A stretch of DNA of 64,000 bases from a virus, in IMG/VR virus record IMGVR_UViG_3300027736_002225; one strand, written 5' to 3'. The notes below the pieces were generated by a model. It saw nothing but the letters and a program-made list of their open reading frames with translations. It did no database searches and was not told the DNA's origin. Made by a program: the position numbers and the translations under genes. Each line of letters opens with the position of its first letter. Position 1 is the stretch's first letter. Positions 11,601-21,718 of the stretch are shown here, piece after piece.

Positions 11601-14600
11601 TATAATAAATTCGATGCATGATTTACATATGCATTAGTATTTGCAGGATATGAATTAGGAATTATTAAATCTGTTACGCCAACTGTGCCATTGGTAATAA
11701 TACCTGTTATAATATCAAACTCCGAAGCGACCTTAACATTCGATGTGGGATCTGCAATTAATGTTGGTGCAGATGCATACTGTTGAACATTAGATCCTTG
11801 ATATGTATAAGATACTCTAACATTTGCTATTACGTTTAATGCTAAAGATTTAGCATAATTAATTGCCGCCAAGGTTTCAACTGATTGATTTGGAATTGCC
11901 GATTCTGTCTGTGCCCAATATTGTAGACCTGCAAAGGTTGCTTGAGTATTGCCGCCGTACGCCAAATCAAATGCCAATGAATCTACAATTAAACCAGAGT
12001 CTCTTGCACATTTATCTTGATTGTATGTTGCAAATAAAATAGAGTCTCCATAATTTGGTCTTTGTGATAGATTTGTAAATACAAATTCTTGACCCAATGT
12101 GTCATCTCTTAATTTCCCATAATATAATGCCTCGCTAACGCCGTCAGCATACAATGCGTATGTACCAAACGATGCGTTAGAGTTTGTTATGGAACAGAAG
12201 CCGCCCGTTTCACATTTGATAGCAATATGGCAGCAAATTGTAAACACAGAAACTAACTGAGTGTAGCCTCTATACAACATATGGATACCAATACCACCTT
12301 CATTAGTTTGTGTATATGAGTCACACACCATTGAACGTAGGCCACTTACATATCTACCATCTACACGCATACCTGTACCGGTAGTTGTAATTGAGCTAGA
12401 ATTTTGTATATACGGGCTGGTAACAATTGTACCTGCAGATCCATCTGGATTGTATGAGAATACTGCAGAAGGAGCAATATGGTCTCTGAATGTAAATCCT
12501 GTTACGTAGCAAGCATTGTTAACATAGAACATATCAACTGCTGGCTGAGATGGTCTAATTGTAGTTGTTCTTAAATTGTCGCCTACTAAACCAACACGAC
12601 GACCAATTGTTACTGGTTGGTTGTATAAGGTATAGTCTCCGCTCTTAACAAAAACAGTAGTCCATTCTGTTGCTCTTGCCAATGCGATATGGATATTTGC
12701 CAAAGCATTACTTGCGGTATTGCCTGTATTATTATCGTTTCCGTTCTTAGCAACATAAATTACATTTGCAACAGGAGCAGTTATTGATGCTCTTAATTCT
12801 GCAATTGTTGGTTGTAATGCTAATTGAGCTCTTGTATTAGTAAAATACAGATTATCAACTGCTTCAGGAACCTTTGCAGTAGTTATGCCCGACCAAGTAT
12901 TAGCAACAATTCTATTTGTTGTAATTGTATCTATAACTAGATTACCAGCCGGCGATGCTATATTTCCAGATATCGTTAAATTACTCAAAGCAGTTTGAGT
13001 AATAGCATTAACGGCTTTAACATTAGAGAAATATAAATTATTTCCAACTTCAACAATATTTGCAGTCGTTAAATCTGTTACGTTTGCTTTCAGATTTAAT
13101 AGCGGAATTATATTTGCTAAAACTCTTGTATTAGAATAATATAAGTTTGCTCCGCCTTCAGGAATATTTGCGCTTGATAATCCAGATGCAGCAATTAAAC
13201 TACTGTCAATTTTACCAGATGGAGAAGTAATTACCAATGCGTTCGCATTTGCACTCATAATGATCGTATTACTAGAATCCGTCATTACAAAGGTGTTACC
13301 TGTCGAACTTATCGAACCAGAATTAGAGAATTTAATTGAGTTGCCGTATAACCATAAATCTCTAAATGGTCTATCACTAGATCCAATATCAAATGCATTG
13401 CCAACAATTGGCAATAAGCTAGTTGTAATATTAGAGAAATAACTTTCTATTCTAGCATTTGTATAATATAAGTTTGCACCTTCTCTTAGATTACTTGTGG
13501 TAAAGTTATCTAAAGAACTAATTGTACCAATTAGATTACCAAACAAATAATTTGCTGCAAGATTTGCTAATCTAAATGAGGGGTGCGAAGTATCAATGTA
13601 GATATTAGCATCTGGTTCTGGAGAATAGTTTTCAAATACTTTCCATGTACCATTATTTCTTGCGTCGCGGAAGAAACCAGTATGATGATATGATCCATCA
13701 TTATAATTACCGGCAAATCCTAGGTCAGGATTGGATGCTTCCGAACCTGAATTCAAATAAATCATATTGTCCGATATGGACAGATTATTTGATGCGTGCG
13801 TTGTTACATTACCGTAAAAATTAACTGGCCCAGTAACATTCAATTGACCAAATGTTACGTTTGCGTTTGTAGCAACATTTTGTCCAATTGATATTACGCC
13901 TGTAGTGTTACTATAAACAACGCCGGTTCCGCCAGACAATGCCAATCTAACTCTAGAATTAGTTAGATATAAATTAGATCCTATTTCAATTACATTAGCA
14001 GTTGTTAAATCTACTACATTAGCTTTTCCTACTAACAAAGGAGCCACATTTGCATAAACTCTTGCATTTGTGTAATACAGATTACTTGCCGATTCAATTA
14101 CATTAGCAGTTGTTAAATCAACAACATTTGCCTTTAATGCTAGTAATGGAGATACGTTAGCGTAGACACGAGCATTAGTAAAATATAAATTGCTTGTAGA
14201 TTCAAGTACATTGGCTGTGTATATTCCTTGCCATATATTAGCAGAAATATAATTTGTTTGTACTAAATTGGCACCTGTTAATCTACCGCCAGATATTGAT
14301 CCAATAATTAAGGTATTTGCAATTACATTACCAGAAACAGTTAAATTCCCATTTACGGAATTTACGTTTGCTACAATTCCAGTTAATAGATAACCATTAC
14401 CTATAAAATAACTTGCAGAAACATTTCCGCTGGAAACTATATTTCCAAGAACAGTTAAATTACTTATTGTAGAGTTTGCAACTGCAGAAATTACTCTAGC
14501 ATTTGTAAAATATAAATTAGAACCAAACTCGTTAACATTTGCTGTCGTTAGATCAGAAACATTTGCCTTTAATGCTAGTAATGGAGATACGTTAGCGTAA

Positions 14601-16573
14601 ACTCTAGCATTTGTAAAATATAAATTAGAACCAAACTCGTTAACATTTGCTGTCGTTAGATCAGAAACATTTGCCTTTAATGCTAGTAATGGAGATACGT
14701 TAGCGTAAACTCTAGCATTACTGAAATATAAGTTTGCTCCATACTCATTAACATTTGCAGTAGTTAAATCTGATACATTTGCTTTAGTTGCTAGTAATGG
14801 AGATACATTGGCATAAACTCTGGCATTAGTATAGTATAAGTTTGACCCAAACTCGTTAACATTTGCGGTTGTTAAATCCGATATATTGGCTTTGGTTGCT
14901 AATAATGGTAATACATTAGCATAAACTCTTGCATTTGTGTAATACAGATTGCTTGCAGATTCTCTTACATTTGCTGTTGTTAAATCTGCAACATTTGCCT
15001 TATTTGATAATAATGGAAATACGTTAGCGTAAACACGAGCATTAGTATAGTAAAGATTGCTTGCAGATTCAATTACGTTTGCAGTAGTTAAATCCGATAC
15101 ATTGGCTTTAGTTACTAATAGTGGAGATACATTTGCATAAACTCTAGCATTAGTGTAATATAAATTACTTGCAGATTCAATTACGTTTGCGGTGTATAAA
15201 TTATTCCAAACATTTGCAGTGATGCTTGTTGTTAAGATATTTAATGCACTTGCATTGCCTGCAATAACAATGCCATTTGCAAGAATAGTATTATTTACAC
15301 TTAGATTGCCGCCAACTAATATATTGCCATATATTGTTGCAGTATTTGTAGTGAATACATTTGATGTAGATACTTGCGATACAATATTTGCAGCAAGTAC
15401 GGTGTTTGTTACATCAATACCTTGTATTGTTAATCCGTTTGCTTTTACATAGCCCGTGACATTTAAATTGCCGCGGAATTGTCCTGATAATGTAAGATTG
15501 CCAAGATTTAAATCTGCATTTGCAAGACTTACTGCACTAGCACCAGAAACATTTGCCCTAATTGTTCCTGTAATAGGATCGTAAGTTATACTTGCATCGC
15601 CGGCGCTAATAGCTGCTCTGGCTCTTGCATTCGTAAAATATAATTTTTGTCCTTCTGCGATATCGTCAGAAGTGCCAGAGAATGTAGTTATTAATCCAGG
15701 ATTTGAACCAATTAATAACCAAGCATTTCCTGAGTACATCAGGAATGCAGAATCTCCGGTCTTTGATAATTCGATAGCAAGATTATTTCTAATATTGCTA
15801 GATATTGTAAATCTACCACCTTGAGTAGATACTAGATTAATAACTTTTAATTGACCATCAACACCTTGGGGAAGATCTAAATATTTTTTACCGCCCGCAT
15901 CTTCACTAACATTTGGAACGGTAAAAACAATATTTGCACCAGGACTACCAGGAGTACCATTTACAACAATATTTGCAGTATATCTACTTCCTAAAGTATT
16001 AGTACCATCAATTGATGTTGATAATCCAATTACATTTCCAGCATTCGTCGAATCACTAACATCAAATATATAGGTTGCACCTTTTGTAAAGGTTAACCCT
16101 GTAGGAAAAGGTCTAAGCCCCGTAGGGCCTACCCAATCATCTGGAGGATAAGAAAAAGTAGTTCCTTGAGCGCCGCCTAAATATATCTTATTGTTTTGCG
16201 CTCTAACATATAATGTCTTTGTAAACGGCGTACCGTTTGCAAAAGTTATGCCTCGTCCAGTGGCAGATTTGCCCTCAGTATAAAAGAATAATGAGGTAGG
16301 TAATACCGAACCGTTTGCAACGGCATTTGCACCAGCGGAAACTCCTCCATATAAATCGGTTCTAGTAGTATTTACACTAATAGTACCCGACGTATACAGA
16401 GATTGAGCGGGGCCGCCAAGAATTATGTTCCCAGATAATGTAGGATCGGTGATCGAAGCGAATAGTGTACCTGCCGATACATTTTCGCTTTGACCATCCT
16501 GAATAAGATATATTAGGTCATCTTTATTTACTACATTAGCTTGGACAAGCTGCGATATCTTTAAATCTGCCAT
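8651..16573 (-). CDS. Giant virion structural protein (2640 aa) with beta-helix/pectin-lyase-like region and KCxRD repeats
   Basis: 'MADLKISQL' start, NLYYTN repeats, 'YVAKNGNDNNTG...VFVKSGDY...GDNLR' motif, repeated 'KCxRD(V/T)GxIxD' units, C-terminal 'SGHTFEYVGSG...TDQRGDFRIG' as in T4-like giant virion proteins. Confidence 0.8.
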   Translation of the reverse strand: MADLKISQLVQANVVNKDDLIYLIQDGQSENVSAGTLFASITDPTLSGNIILGGPAQSLYTSGTISVNTTRTDLYGGVSAGANAVANGSVLPTSLFFYTEGKSATGRGITFANGTPFTKTLYVRAQNNKIYLGGAQGTTFSYPPDDWVGPTGLRPFPTGLTFTKGATYIFDVSDSTNAGNVIGLSTSIDGTNTLGSRYTANIVVNGTPGSPGANIVFTVPNVSEDAGGKKYLDLPQGVDGQLKVINLVSTQGGRFTISSNIRNNLAIELSKTGDSAFLMYSGNAWLLIGSNPGLITTFSGTSDDIAEGQKLYFTNARARAAISAGDASITYDPITGTIRANVSGASAVSLANADLNLGNLTLSGQFRGNLNVTGYVKANGLTIQGIDVTNTVLAANIVSQVSTSNVFTTNTATIYGNILVGGNLSVNNTILANGIVIAGNASALNILTTSITANVWNNLYTANVIESASNLYYTNARVYANVSPLLVTKANVSDLTTANVIESASNLYYTNARVYANVFPLLSNKANVADLTTANVRESASNLYYTNARVYANVLPLLATKANISDLTTANVNEFGSNLYYTNARVYANVSPLLATKANVSDLTTANVNEYGANLYFSNARVYANVSPLLALKANVSDLTTANVNEFGSNLYFTNARVYANVSPLLALKANVSDLTTANVNEFGSNLYFTNARVISAVANSTISNLTVLGNIVSSGNVSASYFIGNGYLLTGIVANVNSVNGNLTVSGNVIANTLIIGSISGGRLTGANLVQTNYISANIWQGIYTANVLESTSNLYFTNARVYANVSPLLALKANVVDLTTANVIESASNLYYTNARVYANVAPLLVGKANVVDLTTANVIEIGSNLYLTNSRVRLALSGGTGVVYSNTTGVISIGQNVATNANVTFGQLNVTGPVNFYGNVTTHASNNLSISDNMIYLNSGSEASNPDLGFAGNYNDGSYHHTGFFRDARNNGTWKVFENYSPEPDANIYIDTSHPSFRLANLAANYLFGNLIGTISSLDNFTTSNLREGANLYYTNARIESYFSNITTSLLPIVGNAFDIGSSDRPFRDLWLYGNSIKFSNSGSISSTGNTFVMTDSSNTIIMSANANALVITSPSGKIDSSLIAASGLSSANIPEGGANLYYSNTRVLANIIPLLNLKANVTDLTTANIVEVGNNLYFSNVKAVNAITQTALSNLTISGNIASPAGNLVIDTITTNRIVANTWSGITTAKVPEAVDNLYFTNTRAQLALQPTIAELRASITAPVANVIYVAKNGNDNNTGNTASNALANIHIALARATEWTTVFVKSGDYTLYNQPVTIGRRVGLVGDNLRTTTIRPSQPAVDMFYVNNACYVTGFTFRDHIAPSAVFSYNPDGSAGTIVTSPYIQNSSSITTTGTGMRVDGRYVSGLRSMVCDSYTQTNEGGIGIHMLYRGYTQLVSVFTICCHIAIKCETGGFCSITNSNASFGTYALYADGVSEALYYGKLRDDTLGQEFVFTNLSQRPNYGDSILFATYNQDKCARDSGLIVDSLAFDLAYGGNTQATFAGLQYWAQTESAIPNQSVETLAAINYAKSLALNVIANVRVSYTYQGSNVQQYASAPTLIADPTSNVKVASEFDIITGIITNGTVGVTDLIIPNSYPANTNAYVNHASNLLYRNNTFIASEVVAFVNSTYPGFTYNANTCARDVGFILDTIRFDLLHGGNKQAVQAGTYYYNYNASTTQINDQVVQTGAAYNYIGQIITNVITKKKNAAYNQDKCERDTGLIVDSVLMDLAYGSNSQSIFAGLQYWSQTDSAIPTQSDETVAAINYAKTLAVNIASDTVISSPYQGTVTQVRGTAGTAAGKVTDEFNLIVDIINNGTVGVTDRIVPNSFPANTNVGLNNSANLIYLNKSFIQAEVIAYVNTTYPGFFANANNFIDVANAQTKCSRDVGYIIDSVRFDLLHDGNRQAIQSGTYYYNYSANVTQINDQIVKTGKAYDYIAQVSNKVVQNKKNAAYNQEKCERDTGLIVDSIALDLAYSGNSQSTFAGLQYWAQSESAIANQSTQTIAAINYAKRLASNIVQNITITSPYQGSVTQVTGSAASPVEANIYSARFDLLTSIITNGTVGVTDSIIPNQYPRTSNTTVTNGANLVIANKSFIQAEVIAYVNTTYPGFFANTNNFVDGANAQTKCSRDVGYILDSITFDLIHGGNKQTIQSGVYYYNFNSNVTQINDQIVKTGQAYTFISGLIDKIILGNVITSTYQTAVPQNTTAAPAATLSEVTTERNLVGIINNIITNGPNVIYARTPISLTASTDANVVNATKLIIANRDFIKAETIAYVNETMFDPPYQIDVLQDTTTYTSATTAEANVIAQKISLIKNIITNGPNVAPAKTPIVYAPVTNANLSNAAKILLINRDYIKAETIAYVNANLFDPPYQTRYKQNTSAAPASDYATANLVLQNIGLVTNIISQGPSVAPARRPIGLTANTSPNVINATKLILANRDYIKAEVIGFVNKNWSNISNGTGTYYTVKNATNLVGNTSTVTLLETIQVAIPANTSVSFHQGSYISSSGHTFEYVGSGDTIATALPYLGGIPKQENEITELRGGKVFFTSTDQRGDFRIGTGLVINRVDGTISGRTFNKALFAVMTPYMLAIEG
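14493..14719. repeat. Exact 108-nt tandem duplication inside the 2640-aa gene
   Basis: Unit starting actctagcatt at 14493, 14601 and 14709; the first two units are identical (36 aa). Confidence 0.9.
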
Positions 16574-16623
16574 TAAACCACCAAAAGGTTACTAATTGAA
16601 TGTGCGCATAATCAAGAAGTGTT

Positions 16624-17169
16624 TTAGGATTCAGACATTATAGAATCATCGTAAGCATCTGTCTGTAGTGTACCTGTAGCATTTGCATTAAAGTTTTTAG
16701 ACATTGCAACCAATGTATTAACCTTGCGACGTACGCTACCTTGTGTTGTAGTATATGTGTGGTACTCAACCCAGCCTGGACTTAGGAAACCATTTGCTTT
16801 GTTGCCTGCAACATTTGCTTCTACACGGTCAAAACCATATACAGTACGCTTGCTAACTGTATTAGCATAACGACCTGCAGTATTTCCCCAACCTTTAGTA
16901 TTTAACCATTTTGGAGATTGTTGAACCGCAATTTGTACGTTACCTGCAGTATTTGCTCGTTCATATCCCGTTCTTAAGTATACCGTATTTGAAGAAACTA
17001 CGTATCCTACTCGGTAATTTACATTACCAAGAACTAGCGCATCGCCTGGATCTACGTTTGCTGCTGTGAAATATGGTGCTGAAAGCACAACGGTATTGCT
17101 ACCTAAGTTAGCAGTAAAAGATGTACCACTAACAAATTCTAATCTATCTAATTTTCCCCATGCTGACAT
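16624..17169 (-). CDS. Hypothetical virion protein (181 aa)
   Basis: 'MSAWG' start, 'PGWVEY...LVAM' motif, ggag RBS, structural-gene context. Confidence 0.55.
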   Translation of the reverse strand: MSAWGKLDRLEFVSGTSFTANLGSNTVVLSAPYFTAANVDPGDALVLGNVNYRVGYVVSSNTVYLRTGYERANTAGNVQIAVQQSPKWLNTKGWGNTAGRYANTVSKRTVYGFDRVEANVAGNKANGFLSPGWVEYHTYTTTQGSVRRKVNTLVAMSKNFNANATGTLQTDAYDDSIMSES

Positions 17170-17211
17170 TTTTTGTCTCCTGTTTATTTGTTATAATTGC
17201 AATTATGCAAA

Positions 17212-18813
17212 TTATTCTTTAGCTTTTTTAGCCGGTGGAAGTGATTCCAAACGACGTACCGAACCATGGTGTATATATTTCTTACGGCCACCGTCACTAT
17301 CAGTTACGACATATTCAGCATAAGGTTGTCCGCTTTTTGTACTATATTTATCATCGCTTACAGTATTGCCTGCTTTACGATGTGCATTAATCTTATCTTG
17401 AATTTCCATTCTTGTGAAGGACTCAATGATAACCTCATCATCATTTTCTTTATATGCTTGTTCAGCAATTGAAATAAGTTCTGCTTGAGCTGCTTCTTCG
17501 TCTGTTCTAACGATAGATTGAACCGCTCTTAAGAAATCGCCAAATGTAGGATTGTCAGTAATTTCAATTGTAAAGTCATTATGCTTAACAATTGTTTCTG
17601 CTACGCTTTCATCTAATTCTTCAACTTCCTCCATTGTATGCTGACCAGAAGGTTTTAATCCTGCTGCTCTATATTTAATTTCAGCTTTATTGCTTGCTTT
17701 GCCAGCAAGGTCATATCTCTTATTTGCTTTTGCTTCATCTCCATCACGGCGTGCATCGCTGGCAGCACTGACTGCAGCGCCACGAACTCTAGTTAAAGTA
17801 TTAATTGATAACTCATCTAATTCTTCAGCTTCTTCTTTTCTCATTTTTGCTAGAACTGCTCCAGCAACACGTTCTCCAGCTGCCTGGCTACCATATCTCT
17901 TTGCCGCTGATTTAGAGATCTTTGAGAAGTTTTTACCTGGCTTACCTAAGTCTGCACCCATACGACCAGCTTTTGCGGAAAGAGTATTTTCGGCAACAGG
18001 CATTACATGATGGCCGTGAAGACTACCTTCAATCTTATGCTTCGCTCTTAATTGCCCAGCTTCTTTCTGAATTTTCTTGGATTCTGCTGGACCGGCATAT
18101 TCAGCATCAGCAGTTGCCATATCTGAATGTGATACCATATCATCAGCAACTTTATTTCCATAATGCTTACGAACATGATTTTCAATTGCTGTGGCGGCAT
18201 GGGCACCATTCTTCATGCTACCTTCACCATGCCCATAGCCTTGATCCGATGAATAATTATGTCTAGCATGCTGATGCCATAAACTCGACAACGACATATG
18301 ATCCATTTTACCTTCATCTAATTCTTCAACTTCTTCTCTTCTAATACCAGCGGCATTCAAAGCAGCAGCGCGGTCACCATATGTTTTAATATCTGGCGCA
18401 GCCTTTTTAATAGCAGCTTTTACTTGAGGAGAAGCATTACTAGCATCGACATGTTTCATTGTTACTTTGCCAGCATGCCCCATTGCAGCAGCGTATCCAG
18501 GAATTTTCATCATTCTTTTTAATCTTTCTGGATCTTTTGCAGTTTCAGCACCTGCGGCAGCCAGTCTTGCCTGACGAGCTACAAATTCTTTTTTAGATTC
18601 CGTATTGGCTTCATCCAACTCATAATCTTCTTTTTTAATAGAAGCGGAAATTGCCTTGCGACGATTCTTTAAATAGTCGTCCGACTTACCTACTTTACCA
18701 TCGTTGTCAACATCTGCATCTTCTTTACCAACTGGGTCAAGTTTTGCTTCAGTTAAAACAGGGTGTGTGACAGCTCTGATTGCTTCAAATAAATCGTTTG
18801 AGATTCTTTGCAT
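17212..18813 (-). CDS. Probable internal head protein/polyprotein (533 aa) with repeated EExEELDE linkers
   Basis: Modules separated by EDYELDE, EEVEELDE, EEAEELDE and EEVEELDE; 'LDPVGKEDADVDNDG...DDYLKNRRKAI' motif. Confidence 0.65.
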   Translation of the reverse strand: MQRISNDLFEAIRAVTHPVLTEAKLDPVGKEDADVDNDGKVGKSDDYLKNRRKAISASIKKEDYELDEANTESKKEFVARQARLAAAGAETAKDPERLKRMMKIPGYAAAMGHAGKVTMKHVDASNASPQVKAAIKKAAPDIKTYGDRAAALNAAGIRREEVEELDEGKMDHMSLSSLWHQHARHNYSSDQGYGHGEGSMKNGAHAATAIENHVRKHYGNKVADDMVSHSDMATADAEYAGPAESKKIQKEAGQLRAKHKIEGSLHGHHVMPVAENTLSAKAGRMGADLGKPGKNFSKISKSAAKRYGSQAAGERVAGAVLAKMRKEEAEELDELSINTLTRVRGAAVSAASDARRDGDEAKANKRYDLAGKASNKAEIKYRAAGLKPSGQHTMEEVEELDESVAETIVKHNDFTIEITDNPTFGDFLRAVQSIVRTDEEAAQAELISIAEQAYKENDDEVIIESFTRMEIQDKINAHRKAGNTVSDDKYSTKSGQPYAEYVVTDSDGGRKKYIHHGSVRRLESLPPAKKAKE

Positions 18814-18863
18814 TTTGGATTCCTTTATTAATTGTTCTTTTATTATTTATTAAAATTAATCTG

Positions 18864-19319
18864 TTACTTTTTCTTAACAGACAATCTAGATCGTTCTAAA
18901 GCTCTTATTTTTGGTAATAATTTCTGAGCTAAATTTCCTTGTGATGCCATCATTGTCTTGACTTGTTTTTCTAATGCATCTTTTTGTTGAGCAGATAATT
19001 GGTTTTTATTTCTACTCTTCAATATTCTTTTCTGTAAAGCTCTATGGGCCGCCGCATTTGCTCTTCTTTTCAATGTCTCCAATGAAGAAGCTCTTTTCAA
19101 TTTCATCTTTCGAGCTTGCCCAATAGATGTTTTTCTAGATTTAAATTTCTGACCTTTTCTCAATCTAGAAGAAGCAGTTAACGACTCTTCCAATTCTTCT
19201 ATTATGAATTCATCTGGCGAATATAGATTCGCAATATCTTCCCATGTTAAATGGTCAGCTATTTCGTCCATTTCCCTTTCGGAAAGTTCTTCGTCTATAA
19301 ATTCGATAAAAGAAATCAT
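18864..19319 (-). CDS. Basic hypothetical protein with capsid-targeting-like N-terminus (151 aa)
   Basis: Starts MISFIEFIDEE; acidic N-half and very basic C-half. Confidence 0.6.
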   Translation of the reverse strand: MISFIEFIDEELSEREMDEIADHLTWEDIANLYSPDEFIIEELEESLTASSRLRKGQKFKSRKTSIGQARKMKLKRASSLETLKRRANAAAHRALQKRILKSRNKNQLSAQQKDALEKQVKTMMASQGNLAQKLLPKIRALERSRLSVKKK

Positions 19320-19753
19320 TTTAATGTAGATTTAAGCATCCAAGCGTGTTTCTGATGAGCAATAACTCTGTCTTGTAGGAAATTAGATACCCCAATTTCT
19401 CCGGCGGCCTCTGCAATCTTGTAACCTTGCATCAATGATAAGATAACAATATCATTAGCAGTTACCAAATTTGCGATCATTTGCATCGGAGGAACAACAG
19501 TATCATCTTCAGGAACAGATGCAAAATTCTTCAATTTCATTAATGATGTTGGAGCAAACGCATCTAATGCTCGAATATGTTCTGCAGTTGTATCTATTGC
19601 TTCATATACTTCTTCGTATATGTTTTGCAAGAATGTATGATACTCATAGAAATCTGCACCGGTAATATTCCAATGATAGCTATGTGTTTTATAATATAGT
19701 ACAAAGGTATTGCCTAATACCTTGTTAAGTGCTTGGACTAGTTCTTCATTCAT
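19316..19753 (-). CDS. dps: Dps/ferritin-like DNA-protecting protein
   Basis: 'KTHSYHWNITGADFYEYHTFL...DTTAEHIRAL...HQKHAWML' Dps signature. Confidence 0.92.
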   Translation of the reverse strand: MNEELVQALNKVLGNTFVLYYKTHSYHWNITGADFYEYHTFLQNIYEEVYEAIDTTAEHIRALDAFAPTSLMKLKNFASVPEDDTVVPPMQMIANLVTANDIVILSLMQGYKIAEAAGEIGVSNFLQDRVIAHQKHAWMLKSTLK

Positions 19754-19758
19754 TTTAA

Positions 19759-21663
19759 TTATTCCTGTGCGTGTGCTTTAATCATTTGCTTATATGAAGT
19801 ACTAGATGTGCCAAGTTCTGCCTTGTCTCTATGAACTGCTTGCATTTCCTTGCTCTTGTCTGCTTCAATTTTCTTTGTTTGCGGAGTAGACAGGTAAGAT
19901 TTAAATGAAGCTAATCCCAAAGGTTTATCTGGATATCCTTGATCTGCAATTGGCATATCTATACCGTGATAAACTTCTTTATTAGGAGAAGCATTAATAT
20001 CTCTTGTTGCTGTTGGAGGATCTGGGACATATGTTTCTTTAACCGGAACTCCTAACGATCTTCTTAGTGAAGAAAGTGCTCTTTTTGTAGACGGTAATTG
20101 TTCTTCTGAATCGTTAGGAATTCCGTCTTTATCTGTATCGTTCATTTGGTCTACCTTTTTGTCTCTAATAATTGGGGTATTTCTTTGTTTAACCCATTTT
20201 TCTTTACCATCAGGGCCTGCTCTAGAAACCATTCTAAAGTTTGCGGCATTTACACCTTCTGCAACATCACCTTGTCCAAATACTGGAACAGTCGATCCTG
20301 TTTCGTTTGCCATAGTACCATCTTTGTGTAGGCTTAATTTGCCAATTTCTGCTACGTGTTTTTTCATATACAGCAATGTCTCATCTCCGTATCCAAGCAT
20401 ATTTAAGGTATCATGGGCAATTGCCATGTACATATTAAAATCGTGAACCATCTTATCATCGGCAAATCCTGTTTTAGTTGCTTCTTTTTCTATGCCAAGA
20501 TAACTATTTGTTGCTTGAATTGCTTGTAATATGTATTTTGAATTCGCCGTAGATGTTGCAATTAAATCTTTTAATTGTTTAGATGCACCTTCGCACATAT
20601 GAAGGTTTTTAGTATGATATCCATTATACTCAACTTCCATAGATTGATTATTTCTCTCAACTAATTGTTCTTTAGACATTAATAAAGCAGGAATTCTTCT
20701 TAAATCTTTAGTCTCTACAACATCATATTTTCTAACAAATTCTTTAATCTTCAATACTTTATTGCTTTCGCGTATATCATTAATCCAATATTTTTTAGTA
20801 TTTCCAGATTCTAATACTAATGTAACATAAGAAGAACCGCGATAAACAATTTCTCCAAGATCACCTGTTCTAGATTCTACAACTGTACCAATATTGAATA
20901 TTTCAGATGCATGGTATGCTTCTCTAATTGGAACGCATTTTGATTTAGTTGTGCTCCAAACTGACCCGGATGGACACATCTTTTTATCTTCGCCAGGAGT
21001 CATCTTCTGCATATACAGAGTTCCTTCAGGAGTACCCCAATCATGACGATACGGATTCTCAAAATCTTCTTTTACTGATCTAATATGATTTGCAATTTCT
21101 TCAGCGTGCGGATGCAGGGCTGCAGGTAGACCAGATTTAAACTTGTCCATTTCACCTGCTCTAGCATGTGCTCGCATTTTTGTGCCAGACATACCTTCTA
21201 CGCCTTCTGCATCAGGATCTCTTTGTCCTGCAGAAACTACTTTAATTGATTTAAAATTATAATGTCCATGTTTGCTTGGAACATTATTATATTTGTGTAA
21301 TAGTTTGTGATACTCTGGTACACGATCAGAACCGGCTACCATAACTAAATAATTATAACCTTGTTTGTGTATGCTCGTTGCTGCGTCTAATACGCTAGGA
21401 GCCTCTTTAGACGATCCAGAAATTTTAATTCCTTTACCCGCTACTTTTTTAAGATATCCGATTTTAGCTTTTTGTGGTACAGGATCTTTAGCAGTACCTT
21501 CAGAATGCGATGTAACGATATGCGCAGTCGCGCCATGTTCTTTGGCAGTATCTTTAACTTTAGTAATTAGTTTTTCGTGCCCGACGGTAGGAGGATTGAA
21601 CCTTCCGAAGGCGAAAGCGGCCGTTCTTTCTGGCGCCTCTGTGATGAATTCTTTAAAGTCCAT
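19759..21663 (-). CDS. HIGH-superfamily (cytidylyltransferase-like) nucleotidyltransferase with long C-terminal extension
   Basis: 'FGRFNPPTVGHEKL', 'MVAGSDRV' and 'GMSGTKMR' motifs; CTS-like start MDFKEFITE. Confidence 0.8.
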   Translation of the reverse strand: MDFKEFITEAPERTAAFAFGRFNPPTVGHEKLITKVKDTAKEHGATAHIVTSHSEGTAKDPVPQKAKIGYLKKVAGKGIKISGSSKEAPSVLDAATSIHKQGYNYLVMVAGSDRVPEYHKLLHKYNNVPSKHGHYNFKSIKVVSAGQRDPDAEGVEGMSGTKMRAHARAGEMDKFKSGLPAALHPHAEEIANHIRSVKEDFENPYRHDWGTPEGTLYMQKMTPGEDKKMCPSGSVWSTTKSKCVPIREAYHASEIFNIGTVVESRTGDLGEIVYRGSSYVTLVLESGNTKKYWINDIRESNKVLKIKEFVRKYDVVETKDLRRIPALLMSKEQLVERNNQSMEVEYNGYHTKNLHMCEGASKQLKDLIATSTANSKYILQAIQATNSYLGIEKEATKTGFADDKMVHDFNMYMAIAHDTLNMLGYGDETLLYMKKHVAEIGKLSLHKDGTMANETGSTVPVFGQGDVAEGVNAANFRMVSRAGPDGKEKWVKQRNTPIIRDKKVDQMNDTDKDGIPNDSEEQLPSTKRALSSLRRSLGVPVKETYVPDPPTATRDINASPNKEVYHGIDMPIADQGYPDKPLGLASFKSYLSTPQTKKIEADKSKEMQAVHRDKAELGTSSTSYKQMIKAHAQE

Positions 21664-21694
21664 TGTTTTCCATTAGAATATAGTTGATACTGTT

Positions 21695-21702
21695 TATTTA
21701 TA
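21695..21702 (-). promoter_or_regulatory. T4-type late promoter TATAAATA
   Basis: Exact consensus upstream of the start at 21663. Confidence 0.7.
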
Positions 21703-21718
21703 AGATAAGAATGTTTGG

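Noticed and set aside
13940-15200. Regularly spaced direct repeats resembling a CRISPR array
   Set aside because: In-frame 105-108-nt coding repeats with no unique spacers; no cas genes in the window.
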